A stretch of 34,682 nt of DNA from Humibacter sp. GTDB lineage: Bacteria; Actinomycetota; Actinomycetes; Actinomycetales; Microbacteriaceae. A model generated the notes under the pieces. The model saw nothing but the letters and a program-made list of their open reading frames with translations, did no database searches and was not told where the DNA came from. The position numbers and the translations under genes were made by a program. Shown one piece after another: positions 1 to 10,612 of this stretch (position 1 is its first letter; every line of letters begins with the position of its first letter). The stretch spans positions 1 to 34,682 of the forward strand of contig DASZMW010000061.1 in NCBI GenBank assembly GCA_035551735.1, written 5' to 3'.

Positions 1-497
1 AGCGCCGTGCGCGGCTGTTGGCGTGGCCGCACGGTGCGGTGCCGCCCGGGCGAGACCTCGGTGAGTTCGTGACAGGACGACGAGGGGGTGCGGAGCGTGC
101 CGTGCCCGACGGCATCCGCTCGGTCATCGCCGCGACGGCAGTCACCGACGTGATCGATCGGCGGCCTGAAGGACTCGGCGCACGCATCGCCGAGCGTGGC
201 GCGTCGCTGTCCGGTGGTGAGGCCCAGCGTGTGGCGCTTGCGAGGCTGCTGCTCGAGCGACCGCCCGTGCTCGTGCTGCACGAGCCGACGTCGGCGCTGG
301 ATGCCGTGACCGAGTCGGCGATCGCCGCGGGCCTGCGTGAGGTGCGCAGGGGTCTGACGACGGTGCTGGTCACCACGAGCGCGGCGCTGCTGACCGGTTG
401 CGACGCAGTCACTGTGATCGACGGCACCGTGGTCGGCAGCGCGTCGCCAGGCGGGCTCGCCGACTCCGACGTCTATCGGGAGTTGGTGGAGCGGTGA
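1..497 (+). CDS. ABC exporter subunit, C-terminal ATPase domain (5'-truncated by window edge)
   Basis: Signature LSGGEAQRVALAR and Walker B/D-loop VLVLHEPTSALD; stop TGA 495-497 overlaps the next start (GTGA). Confidence 0.85.
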   Translation, partial: RRARLLAWPHGAVPPGRDLGEFVTGRRGGAERAVPDGIRSVIAATAVTDVIDRRPEGLGARIAERGASLSGGEAQRVALARLLLERPPVLVLHEPTSALDAVTESAIAAGLREVRRGLTTVLVTTSAALLTGCDAVTVIDGTVVGSASPGGLADSDVYRELVER

Positions 498-2377
498 GGG
501 AGCTTGACACGACCCCTGCTCGACCGCGCCGGGCGGGCGCGTTGCTCTGGCGCACTGTGCGAAGGCATCCGATCGTGCTGGCCGCGTGCATCTTGTCGTT
601 GATTGTGGACGCGCTCTGCGGGTTGCTCGTGCCGATCGGTATCGGCGTCGCCATCGACGTGATTGCAGGCAAGCGCCCGGTCGAAGCGCTTGCCCTGGCC
701 ATCGGGATGCTCGTGGTCGCAGCCATCGTGGCCGGCGTGACCGCGACGACATCCGCTTCTCTCACGGCCCGGGTTACGGAGCCGGCGGTGGCCGCGCTGC
801 GGGAGAGCGCCCTCGAATCGGTGCTGGGTGCTGACGCGGCGACGGTCGAGGGTGCGGGGTCGGGAGACGTCGTCACCCGGCTGACGGCGGACGTCGAGCG
901 GCTGTCGGAGGCGGCATCCGGAGCGCTCGCCGCGTTCATCGCGGGAGCCCTCGCCATCGGCGCGACCATCGTGGGACTCGCCGCGCTGGACTGGCGCTTC
1001 GCGGTCGCAGGGTTGCTGGCGGTTCCGATCCAGCTCGGAACACTGCGCTGGTACCTGCGTCGCTCGGGTCCGGTCTACCGGGAGGGACGCGTTGCCGAGA
1101 GCGAGCGCACACAGCTCATCCTCGACGCCGTACGCGACGCCGCGGCGATCCGCGCGCTGCGACTGGAGGTGCGCTCGCTCGATGAGGTCGGGGAGGCATC
1201 CAGGCGTGCGGTCGGACTGGAGGGCGCGGCCGTTCGGCTCTCGACAAGGTTCTTCGGCCGGCTCAATCTCGCCGAGTTCATCGGCCTCGCCGCTATCTCA
1301 ATCGTGGGATTCGCGCTGGTCGGCTGGGGCGACGCGACCATTGGCGCGGCGACGACCGCTGCCCTGTTCTTCGTGCGACTCTTCGATCCGATCAACACGG
1401 TTCTCGGCCTGTTCGACACGATCCAACAGGCCGGCGCGAGCCTCACCCGTTTGGCGGGACTCGTTGGTGAGTCTGGTGCACGGGATACGGATGCGCGGCC
1501 CGCGGCCGGCGATCCTCGGCGATCCCCGGCGATGGGCGCTCGGCGCGATTCGCGCGGTACGTTCGACGCCGGTGTTTCTGCCGGTGCCGCCGCCGGTGCA
1601 GGTGCCGGCATCGGGGTCGGCATTCGGTTGCGCGGCCTGTCCGTCTCCCTTCCAGGCAGGGGCGAGGTGCTCCACCATCTCGACCTCGACGTGCTGCCGG
1701 GCGAACGGGTCGCGATCGTCGGTGCCAGCGGCGCAGGGAAGACGACGTTGGTGCGCACCATCGCAGGGCTCATCGCGCCCAGGAGCGGAAGCGTGGAATT
1801 CGCGGACGAGTCGGGCCACCTCGTCGGCGACGTCGACGCGATCCTGCTCGAGCAGCACACGCACGTGTTCACAGGGACGCTCGCCGACGACCTCAGGTTG
1901 GTCGCGCCCGACGCCGACGATGCGGAGTTGCTGGGGGCGACGCGAGCTGCCGGCATCCGCCTTGGCTCGGGCGCATTCGCCGAGGGGCTTGCCTCCGCTG
2001 TCGGATCAGGGGCCTCGCTCACGCCGGCGGATGCCCAGCACATCGCCCTTGCCCGCCTCGTTCTGGCTTCTCCGCGGCTCGCGATCCTCGACGAGGCGAG
2101 CGCCGACGCGGGCAGTGCTGCCGCACGTCGGCTCGAAGCGGCGATGGATCGGGTGCTCCCCGGCCGCACCTCGATCGTCGTGGCGCACCGTCTCGGCCAG
2201 GCCGCGGTCGCCGACCGGGTCGTCGTGATGGATCACGGACGGGTTGTCGCGTGCGCACCGCACGAGCGCCTGTTGGCAGAAGTGCTGGCATACAGGCGGC
2301 TGTGGGATGCGTGGCGGGCGGTGAGCCCCGGTTCTGTCGTGAGCGGTCTTCGCGGCGCCGAGCCCGCGACGAGGTAG
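494..2377 (+). CDS. ABC exporter, fused permease/ATPase (partner subunit)
   Basis: N-terminal TM helices, GDVVTRLTADVE, Walker A GASGAGKTT, Walker B ILDE, H-loop VAHRL; GTG 494 coupled to the upstream stop. Confidence 0.9.
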   Translation: MRELDTTPARPRRAGALLWRTVRRHPIVLAACILSLIVDALCGLLVPIGIGVAIDVIAGKRPVEALALAIGMLVVAAIVAGVTATTSASLTARVTEPAVAALRESALESVLGADAATVEGAGSGDVVTRLTADVERLSEAASGALAAFIAGALAIGATIVGLAALDWRFAVAGLLAVPIQLGTLRWYLRRSGPVYREGRVAESERTQLILDAVRDAAAIRALRLEVRSLDEVGEASRRAVGLEGAAVRLSTRFFGRLNLAEFIGLAAISIVGFALVGWGDATIGAATTAALFFVRLFDPINTVLGLFDTIQQAGASLTRLAGLVGESGARDTDARPAAGDPRRSPAMGARRDSRGTFDAGVSAGAAAGAGAGIGVGIRLRGLSVSLPGRGEVLHHLDLDVLPGERVAIVGASGAGKTTLVRTIAGLIAPRSGSVEFADESGHLVGDVDAILLEQHTHVFTGTLADDLRLVAPDADDAELLGATRAAGIRLGSGAFAEGLASAVGSGASLTPADAQHIALARLVLASPRLAILDEASADAGSAAARRLEAAMDRVLPGRTSIVVAHRLGQAAVADRVVVMDHGRVVACAPHERLLAEVLAYRRLWDAWRAVSPGSVVSGLRGAEPATR

Positions 2378-2383
2378 ACGCTG

Positions 2384-2767
2384 TCAGGGGAGCGTCGGAA
2401 CGCCGAAGGATGCCGCGCAGGCAGCGAGTCGCTCGTCGAACGTCGCGAGCGGGGATCCCGTCGCGATGGCCGCGTCGAGTACGCAGCAATCTGGGAGCTT
2501 CAGCGCACTCTCGGCCCTGAGCTGCGCGAGCCGTAGTGCGCCTCCGTTGCCAGGCGCCCACTCGCGGATGTGCAGGCGGTCGAGGTGCTGCAGGGCGAGG
2601 GCCTCGTGCCCGACGCGAATCGGCCCTACGAGGATTTCGGTCAGCGTAAGGGTGTGGACGAGAAAATCGTCATCGAGGTGGCCGCGGAACAGCGCCGTCG
2701 CTCGTTGATGGTGCGCGTCGCGAGAGTCGAAATGGGCGATGACGATGCTCGCGTCGAGAACGATCAT
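2384..2767 (-). CDS. vapC: PIN-domain VapC toxin
   Basis: MIVLDASIVIA..., TLTEIL, LKLPDCCVL, LATFDERL are typical PIN motifs; ATG overlaps the antitoxin stop (ATGA). Confidence 0.9.
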   Translation of the reverse strand: MIVLDASIVIAHFDSRDAHHQRATALFRGHLDDDFLVHTLTLTEILVGPIRVGHEALALQHLDRLHIREWAPGNGGALRLAQLRAESALKLPDCCVLDAAIATGSPLATFDERLAACAASFGVPTLP

Positions 2768-3027
2768 GCCGGCCAATCGTCGCGCAGATGTTCGAGGTAG
2801 CCAGGGCCGTACGCGACTTCGAGGCTGCCCGCGGTGAAGTCGATCGCTGCGAGTCTCTCGCGGCGTTGCCCGTCATGTTCCGATTGCAAGGCATCCGCTC
2901 CCAGCTCGAGCAATCGAGAGACTCGCTCGGCACGGGGAACGTCGGGCCAGGCCAGTTCCGCGATCGTCAGAGCGCGCTCGACCTCGGGCGTCTCCGTGAC
3001 CTGGAATCGTGGTCGAGTGGTCGGCAT
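2764..3027 (-). CDS. Putative antitoxin (VapB-like) of the PIN toxin
   Basis: 87 aa, MPTTRPRFQVTETPEVERAL... ending YLEHLRDDWPA; directly upstream of and coupled to vapC. Confidence 0.75.
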   Translation of the reverse strand: MPTTRPRFQVTETPEVERALTIAELAWPDVPRAERVSRLLELGADALQSEHDGQRRERLAAIDFTAGSLEVAYGPGYLEHLRDDWPA

Positions 3028-3033
3028 GAGGCA

Positions 3034-3065
3034 AGTGTACCACCTCGATCCACAGTGCAACACCT
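3034..3065 (-). promoter_or_regulatory. Leaderless TA promoter with two candidate operator repeats
   Basis: Minus-strand TGG-TACACT 6 nt before ATG 3027; + strand AGTGTACCACCT (3034-3045) and AGTGCAACACCT (3054-3065), 20 bp apart. Confidence 0.55.
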
Positions 3066-3099
3066 ACGATGGCATAAGGCCGCGCACTAGCGTGGCATC

Positions 3100-4206
3100 G
3101 TGACCTTCGACGTGGATGCCCTGCTCGGCGGCGCGCGCGGTCGCCGCGTGTGCATCGAGGTCGCGTTCATGCTGACGGGATCGTCGTCGCCGTTGCGCGC
3201 TGCGTTGTTCTGGGCCGCTTACTACTTCGGCGGCGAGACGCAGGCACTGATCTCCTCGTCGAGCGGCGCCTCCGGCGAGCCCGTGGCCGAGCCTGCGCCG
3301 ACAGCTGGCGAGATCGCGGAGCTGATCACCGCGGTTCCGGTGGGCGAGGATGCAATGCCACGTGGCGAATTCGCAGCCGCCATCGACTACGCCTTGTCTA
3401 CGTTGGTCGATCGCGCGATGTATTGGCAGCCGCCGGACGGCACGGACGCGATTGCGGCGACGTCCGAGGTGCGGGGCTCACTCGTGGGAGTCGCGGAGAA
3501 GGTGCTGGGTTCGCCGGATGCGGCGTGGTGGCAGGAGCCGGTCGACTACACGGCGCAGTGGTCCGTCGTCTTCGACGGCGTGCCGCAGCGGCTTCCCTTT
3601 CTCCCTGCGGCCGAGCGCCTCTCCGACTGGCGGGCGGCGACCCTCGACGATGAGGAGCGGGCTGCGCGGGATCGTCCGGTCGACCCGCACGCATCCTGGT
3701 CCGGAACCTGGTGGTCGACGCCGTCGCGGAGCCTCATGAACACGACGAGAGCGTTCGGTGCGACCGGCCCGATCGGACTCCGACTCGTTGAGGACCGCGG
3801 CGGGTGGAGCCGCGCGACGGCGACGCGAGTGGTCGTGCCCGAGGGCGCAGCGGTCTACGAGATCGATGGAGCGGACGCGTGGGTCGAGCTGTGTCGCAGG
3901 CATCCGCTCGACGTCACGGCGTCGCGACGTCACGACTGGTTCGGCGCGACGGGACGTGATGGTCGCTGGGTGATTCCGGACTGGAGCGCCGTCGCGCGGG
4001 AGTGGGATGCCGTGCACCTCACCGCCGCTGCGTACCTGGGTGCTGCCGGCCGGGCGCTACCGGTGTCGGATGATGTCGCGAGCGTGATCGCGGGCTGGGA
4101 TCCCGACCAGACGTATTGGCTGTGCGACGTGCAGCAGGAGACATCCGGCATCGAGGCGTGGACCGAGGTCGAGGATGGCGAGTGGCGTCGTCCACAGGTC
4201 GGGTGA
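3100..4206 (+). CDS. Hypothetical Trp-rich protein (368 aa)
   Basis: Long ORF with protein-like composition and GC3 bias; TAGCGT (3088-3093) 6 nt before GTG. Confidence 0.8.
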   Translation: MTFDVDALLGGARGRRVCIEVAFMLTGSSSPLRAALFWAAYYFGGETQALISSSSGASGEPVAEPAPTAGEIAELITAVPVGEDAMPRGEFAAAIDYALSTLVDRAMYWQPPDGTDAIAATSEVRGSLVGVAEKVLGSPDAAWWQEPVDYTAQWSVVFDGVPQRLPFLPAAERLSDWRAATLDDEERAARDRPVDPHASWSGTWWSTPSRSLMNTTRAFGATGPIGLRLVEDRGGWSRATATRVVVPEGAAVYEIDGADAWVELCRRHPLDVTASRRHDWFGATGRDGRWVIPDWSAVAREWDAVHLTAAAYLGAAGRALPVSDDVASVIAGWDPDQTYWLCDVQQETSGIEAWTEVEDGEWRRPQVG

Positions 4207-4273
4207 ACGGCGATCCATGAACATCCCGTGGCCGGATGGCAGGGGCCGCAACGGGCATCCGTAAGATCAACCC

Positions 4274-4891
4274 ATGGCGGTGCGCACACCGGATCCGGAT
4301 CCGGAGAACTCGGGGCCTCTCGATGAGGGATCTTTCGTCGACGGATCCTTCGACGACGGTACGCTGCCCGGCGTCGGGCCAGGCTGGCTGAGCGACATCG
4401 AACTGGAGCAGATCAGGCACCGACTGCCGATCCTCTACGTCGAGGCGGTGCCCGTGCGCGTCGACGGACTCGGGCAGGTGATCGAGGTCGGTCTGTTGCT
4501 GCGCGCGAATGCCATGGGCGAGATGACGCGCACGGTCGTCTCCGGTCGCGTGATGTACGGCGAGAGCCTGCGCGACGCACTGTTCCGGCACCTGGAGAAA
4601 GACCTCGGGCCGATGGCCTTTCCGCAACTCCCTGCGAGCCCGGTGCCGTTCATGGTGGCCGAGTACTTCCCGATTCCGGGCGTCTCGCAGTACTCGGATG
4701 ACCGTCAGCACGCGGTCTCGCTCGCCTATGTGGTGCCCGTCACCGGCACGACGGAGCCACGACAGGATGCCCTCGAGCTCACCTGGCTGTCGCCCGCTGA
4801 GGCGTGCTCATCGCAGGTCGCCGCGGAGCTGGAGGGTGGCCGCGGCGCGCTCGTGAAGGCCGCGCTGGCCGCGGTGGGCGTGCTGCCGTAG
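4274..4891 (+). CDS. NUDIX-like hydrolase (DUF4916 type)
   Basis: VSGRVMYGESLRDALFRHLEKDLG NUDIX-like box and DDRQHAVSLAY; TAAGAT (4262-4267) 6 nt before ATG. Confidence 0.8.
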   Translation: MAVRTPDPDPENSGPLDEGSFVDGSFDDGTLPGVGPGWLSDIELEQIRHRLPILYVEAVPVRVDGLGQVIEVGLLLRANAMGEMTRTVVSGRVMYGESLRDALFRHLEKDLGPMAFPQLPASPVPFMVAEYFPIPGVSQYSDDRQHAVSLAYVVPVTGTTEPRQDALELTWLSPAEACSSQVAAELEGGRGALVKAALAAVGVLP

Positions 4892-4905
4892 GTCGGCCGC
4901 ACGGG

Positions 4906-5409
4906 CTATTGGGCGTCCCGCACCATGCGCAGTTCGTGCGCGGGCTCGCCGCCGAACGACTCGACCTTGGCAGTCCCGTCGAGTGCGAAGCCGTTGCGAC
5001 GATAGAACGCCTGCGCGCGGGGGTTGTCGGCGAGCACCCAGAGGTAGGCGGCGGACGTGCCGAGCGCGGCATCCAGCACCCGTTGGCCGGCGCCCGTGCC
5101 GTAGTGGTCGCGCAGAACGTAGATCCCCGTGAGCTCGAGGGGTGCAGGACCGTCGACCTCGCGCGACGGGCCGGCGGATGCCCACCCCACGATTCGCCCG
5201 CCGGATTCGGCGACCCACACCTCGGTGCCGCCCGCGATGATGCGTTCCCAGCGCGCGGCCCGCGTGCCGACATCCAGGCTCTCCAGCAGGTACGGCGAGA
5301 ACACGCCGACGTACGCTTCGCGCCACGATCGCACGTGAACTCTGGCGATGCCGCGCGCGTCGGCGGTCGTCGCCCGACGCACGGTCAGGGGTCCTTGCTG
5401 CTCGCCCAC
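4906..5409 (-). CDS. GNAT family N-acetyltransferase
   Basis: VHVRSWREAY, IYVLRDHYGTGAGQ, LWVLADNPRAQAFYRRNGF. Confidence 0.9.
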   Translation of the reverse strand: MGEQQGPLTVRRATTADARGIARVHVRSWREAYVGVFSPYLLESLDVGTRAARWERIIAGGTEVWVAESGGRIVGWASAGPSREVDGPAPLELTGIYVLRDHYGTGAGQRVLDAALGTSAAYLWVLADNPRAQAFYRRNGFALDGTAKVESFGGEPAHELRMVRDAQ

Positions 5410-5530
5410 ACCGAGACGATAACAAGCAGCGACATCAGGGGTCCGTGGTTAAGCTGTTGCGATCGCGCCGTCGGGGCGTCGCACATCGGCGTTCGCATCG
5501 CAAGCAGAACGCATCGTGGAGGGGAGCCGC

Positions 5531-6013
5531 GTGAAGCCGCTGACCGAGGATGACATCCGTTCGTCGTTCGTGAACGCCACTGATGAACAGTTGGCGCGGT
5601 TGCCCATTCCGGGCATCCACGAGACCCTCTGGAGCGAACGCGAGTTCCTCGGCTGGCGCGACCCGCAGGCATCCCGCCTCGGATACATCGTGCACTGGAT
5701 GGATGGTCGCCCGACCGGCATTCTCGTGCGTGCGGCGAGCGGAGGCCTGCGGCCCGGCATCGCCGCGATGTGCTCGTTCTGCCATTCGTCGCAGCCGGCG
5801 ACCCAGGTGCGCATGTTCAGCGCGCCGCGGGCGGGCGAGGCCGGTCGCAACGGCAACACGATCGGTTCGTACATCTGCGACGACCTCGCGTGCTCGCTGC
5901 TCATCCGCATCACGCCGCAGCACGTGCAGTCGTCCGAGCGCCTTGCAGAGCGCGGCGCAGCCCTGCTCACCAGGGTGCAGAACTTCACCGCGACCGTCAT
6001 GAAGACGGCGTAG
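5531..6013 (+). CDS. FBP_C domain protein (FusB-like C-terminal treble-clef zinc finger)
   Basis: [35 protein letters not shown]; GGAGG-type SD before GTG 5531. Confidence 0.8.
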   Translation: MKPLTEDDIRSSFVNATDEQLARLPIPGIHETLWSEREFLGWRDPQASRLGYIVHWMDGRPTGILVRAASGGLRPGIAAMCSFCHSSQPATQVRMFSAPRAGEAGRNGNTIGSYICDDLACSLLIRITPQHVQSSERLAERGAALLTRVQNFTATVMKTA

Positions 6014-6035
6014 GTCGTGTCGCGTTCGATTGCAG

Positions 6036-6104
6036 CACGTTTTCAGGACAGACAACGAGCCGAGCGCACTACGTCGATGCCGGGCCGGATGTCCTGAAAA
6101 CGTG
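6036..6104. repeat. Palindromic element family A, solo copy 1
   Basis: CACGTTTTCAGGACA (6036-6050), 39-nt spacer, TGTCCTGAAAACGTG (6090-6104). Confidence 0.9.
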
Positions 6105-6135
6105 TTGGATGCCATTCGCTACTAGCGTTGAGCGT

Positions 6136-7813
<1,678 letters not shown>

Positions 7814-7815
<2 letters not shown>

Positions 7816-7882
7816 GGCTCGCGCCGGAGGCTCGCGCCGGAGGCTCAGGCCCGGCCCGGCGGCCCGACGTAACCCGCCGGGC
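7814..7882 (+). repeat. 13-bp tandem duplication plus GC hairpin after pgi (possible terminator)
   Basis: GAGGCTCGCGCCG x2.5 (7814-7846), then GCCCGGCGG...CCGCCGGGC. Confidence 0.5.
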
Positions 7883-7941
7883 GGCCCGGCTCGGCGCAAT
7901 GACGCGAGCACGTCCGTGGCCCGCGCCCTACCGTGGGAGGC

Positions 7942-8778
7942 ATGGCTGAGGAGAACAACGGCAGGGTCTGGTTCATCACGGGAACATCGCGCGGCTTCGG
8001 GCGCGCGTGGGCGGAGGCTGCGCTCGAGCGCGGCGATCGGGTCGCGGCGACGGCGCGCAACGCGGCATCCCTCGACGGGCTCGTCGAGAAGTACGGGGAT
8101 CGCGTGCTCCCGCTGCAGCTCGATGTGGATGACCGCGAGGCGGACTTCGCCGCGGTGCGCGCCGCCCACGACACGTTCGGACGACTCGACATCGTCATCA
8201 ACAACGCGGGCTACGGCCACTTCGGGTTCGTCGAAGAGGTGACCGAAGAGGAGGCTCGAGCCCAGCTCGACACCAACCTGTTCGGCGCACTCTGGGTCAC
8301 GCAGGCCGCACTGCCGTTCCTGCGTGAGCAGGGCAGTGGCCACATCCTCCAGGTGTCGTCGATCGGCGGCATCTCGGCATTCCCGCTCGTCGGTGTCTAC
8401 AACGCGTCGAAGTGGGCGCTCGAAGGATTCAGCCAGGCGCTCGCGCAGGAGGTTGCGTCGTTCGGCATCAAAGTCACGATCGTCGAGCCGGCCGCATATT
8501 CCACCGACTGGTCGGGTTCGTCGTCGAAGCACTCGGCGGAACTGCCGGCGTATGCCGACGTGCATCGCGCCGTGGAGGAGGGGCGCAAGCAGCGCAACTC
8601 GAACCCGGGGGATGCCGCAGCAACGGCCGCGGCGATCCTCAAGATCGTCGACGCGCCCGAGCCGCCACTGCGAGCGTTCCTTGGCAAGGTTCCGCTGGGG
8701 ATCGCGAAGGCCGACTACGCCTCACGCATCGCGACGTGGGAGGAATGGCAGCCGGTCGCCGAGCGCGCCCAGGGCTGA
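7942..8778 (+). CDS. SDR family NAD(P)-dependent oxidoreductase
   Basis: TGTSRGFG, NNAGYG, catalytic YNASK. Confidence 0.93.
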   Translation: MAEENNGRVWFITGTSRGFGRAWAEAALERGDRVAATARNAASLDGLVEKYGDRVLPLQLDVDDREADFAAVRAAHDTFGRLDIVINNAGYGHFGFVEEVTEEEARAQLDTNLFGALWVTQAALPFLREQGSGHILQVSSIGGISAFPLVGVYNASKWALEGFSQALAQEVASFGIKVTIVEPAAYSTDWSGSSSKHSAELPAYADVHRAVEEGRKQRNSNPGDAAATAAAILKIVDAPEPPLRAFLGKVPLGIAKADYASRIATWEEWQPVAERAQG

Positions 8779-8806
8779 CGCCCGCGCCGGCACCCGTCGG
8801 TCTCGT

Positions 8807-8873
8807 GTTCGCACCCAGTTTTGGCAATCGCAGCCACTAATACTGGCTGCGATTGCCCAATTTGGCTGCCAAC
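8807..8873. repeat. Palindromic element family B, copy 1
   Basis: Core GGCAATCGCAGCCA (8823-8836)-CTAATAC-TGGCTGCGATTGCC (8844-8857) with imperfect outer arms; between convergent genes. Confidence 0.85.
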
Positions 8874-8911
8874 GTGGCCGGCTTGGTCGTGCGAATGTGG
8901 CCGACCCGGCG

Positions 8912-10612
8912 TCAGCCTTGCGCGCGTCGGCTTCCGCGACCTCGGGCCGTGCCCGAGCTCGGACGAACCACGTCGCCGACGCGAATCGGACGACCGCTGC
9001 TGCGACCGCCCTGGCCGCGGTTCTGACCACCGTTGCCCTGACCACCGTTGCCCTGACCACTGCGGCCGGCGGATGCACCGCGGCCGTTGCCGGTCTCGCC
9101 CTGCGACCCGCGGTTCTGCGAATTGCGGCCCTGGCTCTGTGTGCCCTGGCCCTGCGAGTCCCGGCGCTGGCCGTCGCGACCCTGGCCGTCGCGACCCTGG
9201 CCGTCGCGGCCCTGTGGGCTTCGACCTTCTGTGCTGCGACCCTGCGCATCCCGTGTCTGGGCGCTGCGACCGCGCGACCCGCGACCGCCGCCGTTCGCGC
9301 CGGCCCCGCGCTCGGAGCGTGCACCGTCGCCTGAGCGATCCCGCCGTGCGCCCTGGCTGCCGCGTGAGCCGCCCGGGGATCCGCCTTGCGAGCGGCGTCC
9401 GCCGCCGTTGTTGCCGGCCTCGCGGGGTGCGGGCTTGACATACGCCGCCACCTCGCCGACCAGCGTGGTCACCTCCGAGGAGGACGCCGTGACAGGCACG
9501 GGAGTGACTGTGATGGCCGCCTTGCGCAAGACGTCGCGGAGGTCGCGGCGCTGTTCCGGCAGCGAGATCGTCACGACGTCACCGGTCGCACCGGCGCGAG
9601 CCGTGCGTCCCGAGCGGTGCAGGTACGCCTTGTGCTCCGTCGGCGGGTCAACGTGCACCACGAGCTCGACGTCGTCGATGTGCACGCCGCGGGCTGCGAC
9701 ATCCGTTGCCACCATCACGCGCACGCCGCCGCTGCCGAAGGCGGCGAGGTTGCGGTCACGCTGCGGCTGCGACAGGTTGCCGTGCAGGTCCACGGCCGGA
9801 ATTCCGGAATCCGTGAGCTTCTTGGCCAGGCGCTTGGCGTGGTGCTTCGTGCGCATGAACAGGATGCTCCGCCCCTTTCCGGAGGCGAGCGCCTGCACCA
9901 GGTCGTTCTTGCCGTCGACCGAGTCGACCTCGAACACGTGGTGCGTCATGCGGTCAACGTGGCTGGTCTCGTCGTCGACGGAGTGCAGCACCGGGGAGTG
10001 CAGGAATCGCTTCACGATCTTGTCCACGCCGTTGTCGAGCGTGGCGGAGAACAGCAGACGCTGTCCGTCCACAGGAGTCTTCTCGAGGATGCGCGTGACG
10101 ACCGGCAGGAACCCGAGGTCGGCCATGTGGTCGGCCTCGTCGAGCACCGTGATCTCCACGGCGTCGAGGGAGACCAGACGCTGCTTCATGAGGTCTTCGA
10201 GTCGGCCGGGGCAGGCGACGAGGATGTCGACGCCGGCGTTCAGGGCATCGACCTGACGCTTCTGGCTGACACCGCCGAAGATGGTCGTCGTGGTCAGCTG
10301 GTAGGCGGCTGCGAGCGGCTCGAGCACCGCGGCGATCTGCGTCGCGAGCTCACGGGTGGGGGCGAGCACCAGGGCGAGCGGATGCCCGGCCCTGCGTCGT
10401 CCGCCGGAGAGCCCGGTGCCCAGGCGCGCCGCGATGGGCAGCGCGAAGGCGATGGTCTTGCCGGAGCCGGTCTTGCCGCGGCCGAGCACGTCGCGTCCGG
10501 CAAGCGTGTCGGGAAGCGTGTCGGCCTGAATGGGGAACGCCTCGAGCTTGCCGTCTGCGGCGAGCAAGGAGACGAGCGGCGCAGGTACGCCGAGGGTGGA
10601 GAACGAAGTCAT
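8912..10612 (-). CDS. DEAD-box RNA helicase with Gly/Arg/Gln-rich C-terminal tail
   Basis: Q motif FPIQ, GKTGSGKT, PTRELA, DEAD, SAT, HRSGRTARAG; SD GAAAGG before ATG 10612. Confidence 0.95.
   Translation of the reverse strand: MTSFSTLGVPAPLVSLLAADGKLEAFPIQADTLPDTLAGRDVLGRGKTGSGKTIAFALPIAARLGTGLSGGRRRAGHPLALVLAPTRELATQIAAVLEPLAAAYQLTTTTIFGGVSQKRQVDALNAGVDILVACPGRLEDLMKQRLVSLDAVEITVLDEADHMADLGFLPVVTRILEKTPVDGQRLLFSATLDNGVDKIVKRFLHSPVLHSVDDETSHVDRMTHHVFEVDSVDGKNDLVQALASGKGRSILFMRTKHHAKRLAKKLTDSGIPAVDLHGNLSQPQRDRNLAAFGSGGVRVMVATDVAARGVHIDDVELVVHVDPPTEHKAYLHRSGRTARAGATGDVVTISLPEQRRDLRDVLRKAAITVTPVPVTASSSEVTTLVGEVAAYVKPAPREAGNNGGGRRSQGGSPGGSRGSQGARRDRSGDGARSERGAGANGGGRGSRGRSAQTRDAQGRSTEGRSPQGRDGQGRDGQGRDGQRRDSQGQGTQSQGRNSQNRGSQGETGNGRGASAGRSGQGNGGQGNGGQNRGQGGRSSGRPIRVGDVVRPSSGTARGRGSRRAQG

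Noticed and set aside
5457-5503. Attenuator-like hairpin in the leader of the FBP_C gene
   Set aside because: The stem is imperfect, partly overlaps the likely TSS region, and no leader peptide or U-tract is evident.
5770-6135. N-terminal extension of Pgi in the ORF track
   Set aside because: It overlaps the FBP_C gene and the family A repeat; a -10 box and the Pgi-like N-terminus support GTG 6136.
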